DNA of 63,357 nt, filler included, from Octopus bimaculoides (Eukaryota), in NCBI RefSeq assembly GCF_001194135.2. It is 4 parts of 3 records of this genome, joined end to end, with 100 filler letters (N's around TTAATTAATTAA, not from the genome) between each part and the next. Parts side by side here need not be neighbours in the genome. Positions count along the whole stretch, not along the records: positions 49,155 to 63,357 come from NC_068985.1; 3 more parts are not named here. One strand, given 5' to 3'. The position numbers and the translations under genes were made by a program. How positions within the stretch are numbered: the stretch's first letter is position 1; each line of letters opens with the position of its first letter. The notes beneath the pieces were generated by a model. It ran no database searches and had not been told where the DNA came from. It was given only the letters and a program-made list of their open reading frames with translations. Shown in pieces: positions 50,284 through 63,357 of this stretch.

Positions 50284-52122
50284 TTTCAGTATATTTCTTC
50301 GTTTCTCAAAAATATACACAGTTTAAAATTAGGAAAATGAGATAGTGACAAGACAGCAATCGGAAATACCCGTTTCCGAAGAAATAAAATACGGGTGCAA
50401 ATGACAAAAATAAAGTACAAGCGTTTTTGAAAAGATGCACTTGTCAAAGAAAATAGACGCTACATGTGCTTGGATTTTTAAGCAGACTATATATTGGTCT
50501 GTTAGTACGGAAATAGGCAGTGGCTTTTAATTAGCTTAAATCCGCAAATGCAAACTTAAAAAAACTATTAACTTTTTATTTATCAATTTCATACATAATT
50601 CAATTTCATTTCCGTAATTAGCATGCAAAACTACATCAATGCCCTAAACTTGAATATATTTGGAACAAAATTAAAGAATTGAAATCTGTAAGTGAAACAG
50701 ATAATATCCATTTTTTGTTCCATACCATCTACTTTCTCTTGTATCCAAGGATGATTCCCTTCATTGTTTACCTTTGCCCTACAAGTGTCAGAGAGCCGTA
50801 AAGACACTGGTATGTTTCTGCCATTTTTCCCTCTACGTGTTTAAAATCCCACAATAGCTCTCAACATTAGACTGCAGTTCTAAAAATTACAGTGAATATC
50901 ACCTACACAACACTACCATTACATACATTTACAACAGATTCAATACAACCAATACACAGAAAACACTAAATAAACCAAAACTACTAACACAAGCTAGCAA
51001 ACAGTATTGCTATTCCGACTCCAAAATGAAGCCTTGTACGAAGACGTTTGCCTTGTTTGAAATAAAAGCCTAATCACTCTTAAATTGTAGCCTACCTTCT
51101 TAAAAAGATCGATCATCTCGCATATCGTAATTCTATATATAGTATTGCTGAACAAAAGGAGGCGGGATTGTCATGAGATTTTAATCATATATCTGCTCGA
51201 TCATGGATGTCCTGGGGACACAGCAAAACCAACAAGCCATCATTACTAAAAGATATAACTCGCCAATCGCCACCACACAGGTCACAAATATTCAGCAACA
51301 CAGAAACAATCACTACATCTATCACTAACACTATCGGCACAAATCCACCAAGAAAATCATTACTACTAAAGCAATAACAATACAACTACCAGTAATAGTT
51401 TTATCATTGCTCATATAACTATTCACCAGTGCTATTATGGAAAAAGGAGAAAATAAATAAACATAAAGTTTAACCACTCACACCAGTTAAAGATGGTGCC
51501 TAGAAGTAATCGCTCAGGTTGCTAGAAACAGAAGGTAAATCTGTCTCATATTATATGCTTTCCTCTTACGAAAAAGATTGCATTGTATACAAAGTAGCTT
51601 TAGAACCAGTTTATCTAAAAAAAGAAAAAAAAGAAATAAATAAAACCTGAGGAGTCGTAACTTTTTGAAGGATTTCAGTCATAATTTTTTAAGATGAATA
51701 TACAGTGTAGTTCTTGATTTACAGAAGACGGTAAAGTTGCGGCTAGACCACGTTTTATTTCCTTGATATACGAAAACGCGGGATCGTTTTAGCTGGCACA
51801 CGCTTGATCAAGGTCTCGTCAATCAAGGCGGTCCGGGGTTAAAAATAAACACCATACATTAATCAGAAAAAGGACAATCACCGTCTCGCCATTACCAACA
51901 CCAACAACAACATTGTGCACCAACACAAAACTAACGTTGCAATCACTAGCAATATCCTCTCCAACAACCCTGAAATTCAGTTATCTCGCTCAATAACGCC
52001 CTCAAACACCCCGCCTCACTATTACTAACAAGAGCAAAAACAAAAAGAGCAACAAAAGCAGCATTGCTTCGATAAGCTTTACTGCCATCACCCCCAAAAT
52101 TGTAGCCAGCACCGACAGCACT

Positions 52123-52159
<37 letters not shown>

Positions 52160-53159
52160 GCAGAGTCCTGGACACCGTCACCCCACCACTACCACCACCT
52201 CTAGCGCTTCTGCTGTATATCGACGTGGATTTAAGGAATACGCCTCATTTCTAAATCATTAAGACCTTGATTTATGCCTTTTGCTCAATGTTCATACCGC
52301 CCCGTCCATCTACCGGCTGCTTCGCCTTGTCACCTCAAACTTTGTCTGAAGCACGGCAATGTGCGCACGTGACAAGCGTCACTCCTCTCGTGTCTCCAAA
52401 CACATACATACGCACGTTCATTATTCGTTACACTTTAAACCAACAACGCACACATATATAAACACGCACATGGACACACACACATGTACCATCACATACG
52501 CACACTAACACAGAGCAGATAACCAAAGCAGCCGGTCTAACACAATAAAAAAGTGGCAGGACATATAAAAGAATTGAAAGAAAGAAAGAAAGAAGGACAG
52601 ACAGACAGAAAGAAAGGAAAAAAGAAAACGCAAACAGTGTAAGGAAGACAGACAGACAAAGGAAGATGTAGTGATAGACAGCAGACAGAGAAGCAGTTTT
52701 GGAAACAAAATGGCATCACGTCATTTAGGGGAGCAGAGAGACAAATAGGCTGGGAACCTAGACTGGACGTTTAACCACTTCTTGCTTGGCTCAAAAGAGA
52801 AAAGAATCCAAAAGCATTATCCATTGTTCCAAATCATTTAATAAATTCATACCACGAATGCTAAGTGCTGCAATTTCTGACTAATACAGAATTTAAGCGA
52901 GTTTTGTTATTGGAACTGGTATGATATTCTCGTTATCAATGCCAATGTCTGTTTAAGTTCCTTTTTTTCCTAAGGTTTTACATTTGTATATATGTATATA
53001 TAAATATATAAAGGCATATATATATATATAGGTATGTTGATGCAAACAGGGAAAATAGAATTCAAAATATGAGTATATATGTTTATTAAATATTTAGCAA
53101 AAGTAAGAGAGTCACTCAAGGTCTGACGGTCAGTCTATTACATCAGCTAAATATTAGAA

Positions 53160-53197
<38 letters not shown>

Positions 53198-53589
53198 NNN
53201 NNNNNNNNNNNNNNNNNNNNNNNNNNNNNNNNNNNNNNNNNNNNNNNNNNNNNNNNNNNNNNNNNNNNNNNNNNNNNNNNNNNNNNNNNNNNNNNNNNNN
53301 NNNNNNNNNNNNNNNNNNNNNNNNNNNNNNNNNNNNNNNNNNNNNNNNNNTTACAATTAAAAGGGTAAAGGTTTATCAATTTATTAATTTATTAATAAAT
53401 CAACAATTAATAATTTTTTACCAAGCCCTTCGGTGAAGCAAATGTTTGCTGATCCCTTAATTATGTTTATATATATATATATATATATAAAAAATTAATG
53501 ATTTCATCAGTGGCCAACATTTAAAAAGTCCTTACAGGTAAAATCAGTATATAAATATGTAATTATGTAGATATAATTACAATTAACGA

Positions 53590-54305
53590 CACTGAAGGTA
53601 CAGCGCCTATATGGTAGAAGTAGAGCCAAATGACTCTAAACCACTTGATTTGCACTCCATTTACACAGGTTGAAAGCGAGAAATTGATCGATCCAGCGTT
53701 AACCATATTATTTTTACTAAATCTTTTGTGCATTTCTTCTCGCTTTCAAGATGTCTAATTGAAGTGATGTTTGAAGTGGTTTAGAGTCATTTGGCGTCTA
53801 CTTCTAGCATATAGGCGTTGTATCTTCAGTGCCCTTAATTATAATTATATACTGATTTTACTATAAGGTTTTTTTTTTATATGCTGGCCACTCATAAAGT
53901 CATTAATTTGTTAACGATGTTATCCATAATTATGTATATGCGTATAATTTATTCACCTCTGGTCATTATTTTTACTGCTGTATTTTTCTGACCAAATACG
54001 CACGTGGTTGAGTTGTACAACAAGATTTGTGTAAATATTAATACATATCCATATTTATGTGCGTGCATTTGTATGGATGCATATATGTATTTTCATTTAT
54101 GAAAGCGCAGTATACCCTACTGATGAAGGTAAAGTTATTATTATTACTAAACCAGAGATTCATCAATATAGAGTTAACCATATTTTTACTAAATCTTTTG
54201 TTGTCCATTTTTCTCTCTTTCAGCCTGTATAAATGGAGTGCAATTCGAAGCGGTTCAGAATCATGTGTCGTCTACTTCTAGCATATAAGTGCTGTAACTT
54301 CAGTG
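53590..54305. repeat. Three copies of an old ~95-bp repeat, two of them inverted head-to-head
   Basis: 53590-53683(-), 53737-53831(+) and 54211-54305(+) share ..TAGAGTCATTTGGC.TCTACTTCTA.CATATAGGCG.TGTA.CTTCAGTG. Confidence 0.75.
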
Positions 54306-54364
54306 CCCTTAATAATAATTGTGTCTACATAATGTATATTTATAAATATATATATATGTATTAT

Positions 54365-55330
54365 AGAGGAAGAATCAAAATCAAGGCAGAACGAGTATCT
54401 CAAGCAATTTAGAATGATTGAATTTGGGTAAGGTGAATTTTAAGTCCTACAGCCGTTTCGGGAATAACCCAAGTGGTAGGTTAGTATGATCATGCCCTTG
54501 GTATTCCGTCAGCAGAGACAAGATATGAATATTTGAGACAGGGAAAATTTACATTTTACCAGGAATAAAATTCACAGTTTATACGGAATAAATTGGAAGA
54601 ATAAAGGAGTAAATAGAAGAATAAAGAGTAGAAGAATAAAGAGTAGAAGAATATAAGCGGGAGAATAATATCCACAATTCATCTTTTTCCAGAGGATAAG
54701 GATGTTGGTATGTACTTCCATGAAGGTACAGGTCCTCAGTTAAAATCCTAGGTAAATCCAGGCGTTTTTTGTTTTTTGTAGTATTTTTAATGATGTATTC
54801 ATATTATAAATGTGTATATAGAGCGATAAAGTAAGATAGAGATAAGTGGGTTTTGTGTGTGAAAGAGAGGGAAAGAGAGAGGGAGAGAGAGAGAGAGGGA
54901 GAGAGAGAGGGAGAGAGAGAGGGAGAGAGAGAGGGAGAGAAAGAAACGGAGGGAGGAGAAAAGAGTAAAACTATGAATAATATAGGGGCAAAAGCGTAGA
55001 ATAAGAATGAAAATAGAAATAAAATAAAAATAAAGGTAATGATGGAAATATGTCAGTATTTAATCGGGGTGAGAGGCCAAACGTTAAAGTTTGAGTAAAG
55101 TGGGACGGAAGGCCAATCTAGGTAAGGTTGCAAAGGACAATAGTATAGTGGTGCGTACGGAGATTTAAAATTATATTTCAAGCTTAATAGCTGTTAACGA
55201 GATAAAGCATATAGAAATAAAGTTAAAACTTAAAATTAAAATTAGAATAAAAAATTGTAACTTGAAATAAAAACTAAGAAAAATATAAGCTCAAAACTAC
55301 AAAAAAACAAAAAATTATTGATTTGAAAGT
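54365..55330 (-). mobile_element. Second copy of the 19-20 kb PLE family 3' UTR / pseudo-LTR
   Basis: 54365-54780 aligns directly with 19240-19570. 55110-55300 is the reverse complement of about 19930-20130. Confidence 0.8.
54444..54519 (-). ncRNA. Extended hammerhead motif (core CUGCUGA)
   Basis: Minus strand: GUCU CUGCUGA C GGAAUA-CCAAG...CUUGG-GU-UAUUCC C GAAA CGGCUG UA|GGAC. Confidence 0.6.
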
Positions 55331-55465
55331 AGTTATCTTCGAAGATACTTATGCTGATAGAGAGGTAGAGGAAAAAGAAGAAAGCGCATACACGTATATA
55401 CGTACATACATACATACATACATACATGCATGCATACAAATACATACACAGATATATATATATAA

Positions 55466-55640
55466 GCAATGTTAATTCTCTAAATGAAGTATTAACAGTA
55501 ACTGCACGATTAAGTGAAGTATATTGCCACTTAAGTGTGGCTGACCCCTAGGGGTGGATGTTACTGTTGCTTTTAGCCCCAGGAGGACATCTCCTCCAGC
55601 TGGCTTATCGACACACTACTGTGTCCTGTTTGTCCTGTGT
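55466..55640. mobile_element. Family E (TA)n-anchored repeat, second copy
   Basis: Aligns to 16222-16356. Its last ~40 bp are the reverse complement of 16455-16489. Confidence 0.6.
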
Positions 55641-56189
55641 ATATATATATATATATATATACACATACACGCACACACATTTATACACATACATAAGTCC
55701 GCATATATACATGCATATATATACACATATACATACATATATATATATGGAAAAGAAGATATAAGTTTGCCAGGTTTTTGTCTCTCTCACCAAGGTNNNN
55801 NNNNNNNNNNNNNNNNNNNNNNNNNNNNNNNNNNNNNNNNNNNNNNNNNNNNNNNNNNNNNNNNNNNNNNNNNNNNNNNNNNNNNNNNNNNNNNNNNNNN
55901 NNNNNNNNNNNNNNNNNNNNNNNNNNNNNNNNNNNNNNNNNNNNNNNNNNNNNNNNNNNNNNNNNNNNNNNNNNNNNNNNNNNNNNNNNNNNNNNNNNNN
56001 NNNNNNNNNNNNNNNNNNNNNNNNNNNNNNNNNNNNNNNNNNNNNNNNNNNNNNNNNNNNNNNNNNNNNNNNNNNNNNNNNNNNNNNNNNNNNNNNNNNN
56101 NNNNNNNNNNNNNNNNNNNNNNNNNNNNNNNNNNNNNNATATATACATACATATACATACATTTTGTTTGGATTTGGATAACACCTATG

Positions 56190-56345
56190 ACAACATGTAG
56201 AAATGTAGAAAAAGCGTCTTGCTTATTTACTAATTGCGGTGAATTATGCATTAATATTTGGAAGGCTTCATTTAGGCATAGTCCACAAGTAGATCATTGG
56301 CCTTTGTATGGGACCCCGGAATCTATTCTGGCCCGTGATACCCTA
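56190..56345 (-). pseudogene. PLE GIY-YIG C-terminal fragment
   Basis: IDSGVPYKGQ*STCGLCLNEAFQILMHNSPQLVNKQDAFST aligns to LDSGTPYQGQRSNCKFCLKEAFHIL and to 19689-19808. Confidence 0.8.
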
Positions 56346-56698
56346 CATGGTACCTTTCTATTTTTTAGATGATGGATATGGTTGGCTAGGGACGTAGATT
56401 TACTATACTCGTCATACTTAAATGAGTTTATAATCGCCGAATATCTCAGCTAAAAATCAATAATAGATCCAACGTAGTAGTTAGTAGAATCATGCAATAT
56501 GTTGTGGACCGTGCATTCGTATATTACGTTAAACCTTCTGCAGTGGGTTTACAATGGGCATTCAGTCGCGGATCGGCATTTGCAGCTATCTGCCCTACGT
56601 GGGTTATTAATGGAAAGGGAAGATGCAGTACTATTTATGGAGAAATTAATATTAAAAGTGCTCTTAGAGGATTGGCTCGTAATATCATTGTTGTTTTC

Positions 56699-56808
<110 letters not shown>

Positions 56809-56989
56809 AAATTATGGTGTTATTACTATAAATAATATTAATAGTAGTGCCGGTAATGGTCGTATTAGATATAATAATATTAGTATATAGTACCATTAGT
56901 GGTGCTGCTATTAGTATCGATATTCTCCTCAGATACGTTTCGGCCTTCACAGGAAGCAGCGATGCTTGTATCTTGGTTAATACTTGTTG

Positions 56990-57100
56990 TAGTGCTAGGA
57001 TAATACCACACGCGAAACGGCTGTAACAATTCAAATTAACTTTACCCTAATTATATCATTCTAAATTACTTGATATACTCGTTCTGCTTTGGTTTTTATC
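56990..57100 (+). mobile_element. Inverted terminal piece of the 54-56 kb PLE copy
   Basis: GAAACGGCTGTA(57014-57025)..ttaccctaatt..cattctaaatt.cttga.atactcgttctgc matches the reverse complement of 54375-54460. Confidence 0.7.
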
Positions 57101-57384
57101 TTTCCTGTAATATAATATATACCTGCTATAACGGGGTCTTAATATGGATCCCTAGATCCAGCCTTACCTGTGATCTTCGAACGTAACGGTCGACCAACTA
57201 TAGCACTTACTCAGTGTACCTATTCATTTAGATCACAAGTGAACTACACCCCACATATTCTATGTGTGTGTGTGTATGTGTGTGTATGTGTGTGTGTATG
57301 TGTGTGTGTGTGTGTGTGTATGTGTGTATATACATAAATGCATCTATGTAAGTAAATGCACATATAAATGTACTTAAGCGTAAG

Positions 57385-57630
57385 CGTGGATGTGAAGTAA
57401 GAAGTTTCCTACTCAATCACATAGTTCCGGGTTCAGTATCACTGCGTAACATCTTGGGCAAGTGTTTCTGGCAGACCAGTGTCTTGAGAGTAGATTGATA
57501 GTCGGAATCTGAAAGAAGCCCGCAGTATGTGCGGGCGCCCGCGCGCGGGTTTCTTCCCCAACACGGCTTGACAACCAGTATTGATCTGTTTACGTATTCG
57601 CAAACTAGCGGTTCGGCAAAACAGACGGAT
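57385..57630 (+). mobile_element. Diverged SINE family A
   Basis: gggttcagtatcactgcg...cttgggcaagtgt...ctgaaagaagcccg...agcggttcggcaaaa. Confidence 0.7.
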
Positions 57631-58809
57631 TGACTAAGCATATATACATATATATATANNNNNNNNNNNNNNNNNNNNNNNNNNNNNNNNNNNNNNNNNN
57701 NNNNNNNNNNNNNNNNNNNNNNNNNNNNNNNNNNNNNNNNNNNNNNNNNNNNNNNNNNNNNNNNNNNNNNNNNNNNNNNNNNNNNNNNNNNNNNNNNNNN
57801 NNNNNNNNNNNNNNNNNNNNNNNNNNNNNNNNNNNNNNNNNNNNNNNNNNNNNNNNNNNNNNNNNNNNNNNNNNNNNNNNNNNNNNNNNNNNNNNNNNNN
57901 NNNNNNNNNNNNNNNNNNNNNNNNNNNNNNNNNNNNNNNNNNNNNNNNNNNNNNNNNNNNNNNNNNNNNNNNNNNNNNNNNNNNNNNNNNNNNNNNNNNN
58001 NNNNNNNNNNNNNNNNNNNNNNNNNNNNNNNNNNNNNNNNNNNNNNNNNNNNNNNNNNNNNNNNNNNNNNNNNNNNNNNNNNNNNNNNNNNNNNNNNNNN
58101 NNNNNNNNNNNNNNNNNNNNNNNNNNNNNNNNNNNNNNNNNNNNNNNNNNNNNNNNNNNNNNNNNNNNNNNNNNNNNNNNNNNNNNNNNNNNNNNNNNNN
58201 NNNNNNNNNNNNNNNNNNNNNNNNNNNNNNNNNNNNNNNNNNNNNNNNNNNNNNNNNNNNNNNNNNNNNNNNNNNNNNNNNNNNNNNNNNNNNNNNNNNN
58301 NNNNNNNNNNNNNNNNNNNNNNNNNNNNNNNNNNNNNNNNNNNNNNNNNNNNNNNNNNNNNNNNNNNNNNNNNNNNNNNNNNNNNNNNNNNNNNNNNNNN
58401 NNNNNNNNNNNNNNNNNNNNNNNNNNNNNNNNNNNNNNNNNNNNNNNNNNNNNNNNNNNNNNNNNNNNNNNNNNNNNNNNNNNNNNNNNNNNNNNNNNNN
58501 NNNNNNNNNNNNNNNNNNNNNNNNNNNNNNNNNNNNNNNNNNNNNNNNNNNNNNNNNNNNNNNNNNNNNNNNNNAAAATCGTATTTTAAATTTTAAAAAT
58601 GATCAGAATGAATTACAGTAGTAAAGCCACGTTATATAATTTATATAAATTTTTACTTGACAGCACTAGAGAGTTACTCAGTCGTTTTCATTGCAATTTA
58701 CTATCAGCGCTCCACCGGCGCTTAGTTAACTACTCACATCTACTTTCAGTGTGAAGGTGCGTCATCATTACATGTTCTGCTAAATATAGCAACCCAGGAA
58801 GTTTAAATC

Positions 58810-59261
58810 ACAGGCGTGGGTGCGTAGTAAGAAACTTCTCTCTCAACCACATTCTCCGAGTTCAGTCCCACTGCGAGGCACCTTGGGCAAGTGTCTTCTA
58901 CTATAGGCTTGGGCCGACGAAAGCTTTGTGTGTGAATTTGTTAGAGGAAACGGAAAGAAGCCCGTCATATATATGCGGGTGTGGTTGTGTTTGCACGTGT
59001 GTGTGTGTGTACATGTGTGTGTGTGTATCAATGCGTGTGTGCATCAATGCGTGTGTGTCTTTGTGTCACTCTTTGTCCCCCACCATCACCGCTTGACAAC
59101 CGGTATTAGGGTGTTTACGTAACTTAGCGATTCGGGAAAAAAAGACCGACAGAATAAGTACTAGGCTTCAAAGAATAAGTACTAGGGTCGATTTTTTGAC
59201 TAAAACTATTCAGGGCGGTGCCTTAGGATGGCTGCAATCACATGACTGAAACAAGTAATAG
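58810..59261 (+). mobile_element. Full-length SINE family A
   Basis: B-box GAGTTCAGTCCC, ggcaccttgggcaagtgtcttctactatag, internal (TG)n, conserved tail. Confidence 0.85.
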
Positions 59262-60923
59262 ATCTCTTAGTAGATACGCTATGTTTCAATAAACAATGGA
59301 ATAGTCACGCTTGAAACTCCTTTGTTAATATTTTTCAATAGACTCCAGCGAAACAAAAGGTGTTCATTCGGTATAGTCGAGAGGGAATCCTCTGAATGAC
59401 TGCTACTCTGTTAAATATAATATCCACATTTCTCTCAAATCAAAACCGACCGTCTTAAAACAGGGGACACACGAGTTAACAATCCTCGATAACTTCAAAT
59501 AGATGGCATGATTACGGTTAAAATTTCTTTGATCAAAGTCCCTTGATCAGGATTGACCTGGAGCTAAGAACCAATGCATTGTAAAAGTTTCTTTCTAAAG
59601 AGGAGTGTTGTTAATTAATCCAATAAATTTCATTATGTCCATCTACCATGGTCTTATCAACAATAATTTCGTTTTAATGGCTACTGGAATACTGTCTGTA
59701 AACTCTAGCCACAGCATGAGATTCAGGTGATCCTTCAAATAAATTCGATATATTTTGTAATTAGTTCTGTGCACATTAGTAGATCTTGGAAACATTCCAA
59801 TTTAGGACCATGTGCATTCAGCAATAGCGTAAATAATAGGTTGTCGATCACGGATGCAATTCGTACATTCTAAATGAACATGTCTCTGGATTTGCTTGAG
59901 GCACAAATTCGGGACAACGGCCAGGGAAGTATTGAGTCGAAAGTATGAATAATTCCATTGTCTTAGTTTCTGGTCTTTTGGATGAGCAATAAATTGAGCG
60001 AAAGGTATAATTGGCATATATGATTCAATATCATTCTTATTACAAGTCAGTTACAGATATCACATTTCTAGTCATTGCTATTAGAAATCAATTACCTATA
60101 TCTCGTTTCTAATTAATTTTAAACTATTACATCTCCAGATTTGTCTCTTTTGCTTTTCTGAACCAGAAATAATTAGAAACAGTCATTGATTATTTTTTTT
60201 ATGTTTACGAGTCTAAACTTAACTAATTAAAACTTATGGTAATACTAAATTAAGCACGTTAAAATCCACTTTACAATTTGTTTTCTATGAAACAAGCTTG
60301 TCGGGTATTTTCCGGCAAACATTATTGTTATTTGTCGTACAACACTGTTTATTCAACAACATTCTCTACATAATCTAAGTTATCTTAGGTCAGTTAGTAT
60401 TGACTATAATATGCTCTTCGAATGAGATCTAATGGGACGTAAACATGTCCGGAGTTGCTAAATGAATGCAAAGATAAATCTCGCGACACACTACAGCTTA
60501 ATTTTAATTAGTTGTAAATAATTAAAGTTCTGGTGTTTACTTATCCGTTGTAGTCGATAAGAAATATCTGTATTATACACTGATGCTGCAGGATTAGCAA
60601 GATCTTTCGAACGTTGGAAATGTGTCACATAGTATCTCTTCCGAGACTTTATGTTCTGAGTTCAAATTCCACCACGGTAAAATTTGCTTTTTCTTCCTGT
60701 TATATGTAAATTTATATATAATCCACCCCCGGACGCACTGTCGCCAAGTAATTTCCTGTCGGACAATGCCGCCAAGGAAACTCTCCTCACACATGTAACT
60801 GCTGTCGCTTACTAACCAATGTTATCCATCGTGACACCACGTCACCTTCCTTGACCAATTGCAGTCCATCCACATGTAGCGATCTTGGACTTCCTGTACC
60901 TTTCTGTCCATTCGGATATCCCA

Positions 60924-60977
60924 CCAGCCTGAGGAGACAGGCTCCGTTAAGGGCTTTCGAAACTTGAAGTAGCACGG
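60924..60977 (+). ncRNA. Near-canonical type I hammerhead ribozyme (predicted)
   Basis: CUGAGGA 60929-60935, stem II GA(c)AGGCUC/GGGCUU-UC, GAAA 60959-60962, stem III ACU-uga-AGU, GUA triplet 60969-60971. Stem I is only partly paired. Confidence 0.6.
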
Positions 60978-61734
60978 AATTCGAAGACTCACACATGCTT
61001 ACAAACAAACAAACAAAAAGAACGCACTTCTGATAACTGACAGTGTCAATGACTATTGAAGTGGTTGCAAGACGCAATAACATTTTTTTGAAAGAATAAA
61101 TGAGTAAATGAGTAGAAATCCGAACCGGTGTGTGTGTTAAGTAATAAGGTACTAGAAGAGAATGACTTTCACCATGCACAATAATATACATACTTATACA
61201 TACATATATATGTATATATATTATATGTATATATATATANNNNNNNNNNNNNNNNNNNNNNNNNNNNNNNNNNNNNNNNNNNNNNNNNNNNNNNNNNNNN
61301 NNNNNNNNNNNNNNNNNNNNNNNNNNNNNNNNNNNNNNNNNNNNNNNNNNNNNNNNNNNNNNNNNNNNNNNNNNNNNNNNNNNNNNNNNNNNNNNNNNNN
61401 NNNNNNNNNNNNNNNNNNNNNNNNNNNNNNNNNNNNNNNNNNNNNNNNNNNNNNNNNNNNNNNNNNNNNNNNNNNNNNNNNNNNNNNNNNNNNNNNNNNN
61501 NNNNNNNNNNNNNNNNNNNNNNNNNNNNNNNNNNNNNNNNNNNNNNNNNNNNNNNNNNNNNNNNNNNNNNNNNNNNNNNNNNNNNNNNNNNNNNNNNNNN
61601 NNNNNNNNNNNNNNNNNNNNNNNNNNNNNNNNNNNNNNNNNNNNNNNNNNNNNNNNNNNNNNNNNNNNNNNNNNNNNNNNNNNNNNNNNNNNNNNNNNNN
61701 NNNNNNNNNNNNNNNNNNNNNNNNNNNNNNNNTT

Positions 61735-62383
61735 AAGGGAAGTCAACCGAAATACTAAACCAGACATAAAAATACTCCCATACATCTCCACACATAACCC
61801 TAGAAGCAACGAAGCCTTTGACGTGATCATCCAAAATCTTCCCATCCTCACAAGAGATAAAATAATGAACCAAATTTTAGACTCACACAGAATTATCAAA
61901 AGTAAAATGCAACCTAAATCACTGAAAAAAATATTAACCAGCGCAAGACTTTATCCATTAACAACAGAACCAAAAGTAAAAAAATGTGGTCGACCTAACT
62001 GTGGTACTTTCCCCCACCTTTTAGCGGGTTCTGAGTTCCACTTTAAACAAGGTGAAATATTTAACATTAAATCAAATTTCACCTGTGCCTCGGAAAATCT
62101 ATTCTATGCCATTACATGCTTAGGGTGCAGTAATAACTATATTGGCCAAACAGGATAATCATTCTGTAGAAGAACTACTCTCCACAAAGAACAAATCCGC
62201 CACCCACATTACAGACAGATAAAGGTCAGTGGACACATAAAAAGGTGTGCGAGGAATCTTAATCCTAATTTCATAATTTTTCCTTTCTATCAATGTTCAC
62301 AGAACATATTAACACAACAAAGAATGAATAAAGAGGCAATTTTCATTAATAAATATCTTCCTCAACTAAATATGAACACATAA
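61735..62383 (+). pseudogene. PLE GIY-YIG endonuclease region (Neptune-like), one in-frame stop
   Basis: LPYISTHNPR..IIQNLPIL..KKCGRPNCGTF..FTCASENLFYAITCLGCSNNYIGQTG*..R..LHKEQIRH..VSGHIKRC..KEAIFINKYLPQLN*. Confidence 0.9.
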
Positions 62384-62878
62384 AATAATATAGAACACCA
62401 CTAGTCCATCATTTAATATCACTAACCCCCATACATCCCATACACCATTCACACTACAAATCCAGATCTACCCTAATTGCACCAAATCCAAAACTACTTA
62501 CCTCCCTTACACATAATCTTTTTACTAAGGGACTAATAGACTTGACACCGTTCAAAATTCGGTGTACACTCAAAGCAATGACTAGTAATATTACGAAACC
62601 GATATGCTTTTAAATCTCTTTAACAACTCACAATGACTTTTATTACCTTTATTCCTACCTCAGTTCATCTAATTGTATATATATATATATAACGTTACTT
62701 TTCATAAAAAGCCTTACCTTCTTTTTGATTTCCAATGTGCATTTTCACTTATTTTTCTGCTTACTTTCCCCTTACATTTCCACGTGTAGTTTCTATTTTG
62801 TTTTTGTAACATATTTCTATTATATATATATAATTGATCAAGTAATCAGAAGATGGCTTTGATATTAATCTTTATTTT

Positions 62879-62979
62879 ATACAACGATCGTTTCGACCCA
62901 TCTTGCTACTGTCCCTTATGGGTGGGACACCTTTCAACATGTATTGCATTCATTTTGCAGTCTACCTCGCATCAGGTAC
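62879..62979 (-). ncRNA. Hammerhead-like motif with very large stem II insertion
   Basis: Minus strand: GUAC CUGAUGC ...~75 nt... GUC GAAACGAUCGUU|GUAU. Stem I GUAC/GUAU, palindrome AACGAUCGUU, A9 not conserved. Confidence 0.35.
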
Positions 62980-63357
62980 TTCCATACATAGAGTTGTGTC
63001 TCGTTAGAGATCCTGAGTTTATACTGATATGTTATATGCCCATCTGTTTAGGGAATGAAACATTGCTACAATTTCCATTTACTATTAACTGTTCGTAAAA
63101 ATTGCAAGCATTTGTAAATATAAGCAAATCACAGCTGCTAAGGTGAAAAAGGGAGAAAAAAGGGGGAAGGAGAAAAGAGATAGGGAAAAGAGATCCATAT
63201 ATATAGATACGTACGCACCTACATGCGTACATATATTTTAATATACACCGACTGTGGATGACACCAGGTAGCACACACTGTGCCAGTGCTCTACTCAACA
63301 CTTCACCATATTAATCCACATATACCCATTCGTTCCAAATATTAAATATATATATAT

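Noticed and set aside
62572-62610. AAAGCA..ATGA..GTAATATTAC GAAACCGATA TGCTTT hammerhead-like fold after the EN ORF
   Set aside because: Stem I and GAAAC are present but the CUGA core and GUH triplet are not; at best a dead relic.

Overview
AT-rich animal genomic scaffold with many N gaps and very dense microsatellites. The SINE and LINE families look like those of an octopus-type cephalopod (recall-based inference, not a database result). I cannot identify any host protein-coding gene; most listed ORFs are microsatellite or gap artefacts. The window is dominated by mobile DNA: several tRNA-derived SINE families, RTE and Tx1-like LINE fragments, a Tc1 remnant and a probable Helitron remnant. 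There are also at least three lineages of Penelope-like elements (PLEs), including one near-complete RT + GIY-YIG copy at 19.2-23.1 kb. Reading both strands shows about nine hammerhead-ribozyme (HHR)-like motifs that the ORF track does not show. Three things stand out. (i) A tRNA-headed, Pol III-type SINE carries an intact minimal PLE-type hammerhead (11987-12230). (ii) One PLE family occurs twice with the same head-to-head architecture and an extended hammerhead whose stems co-vary between copies (19.2-20.7 kb and 54.4-57.1 kb). (iii) A PLE family has a shared CUGUNGA core variant. Ribozyme activity is predicted from motif and pairing only. Most repeat boundaries are approximate (about +/-20 bp).
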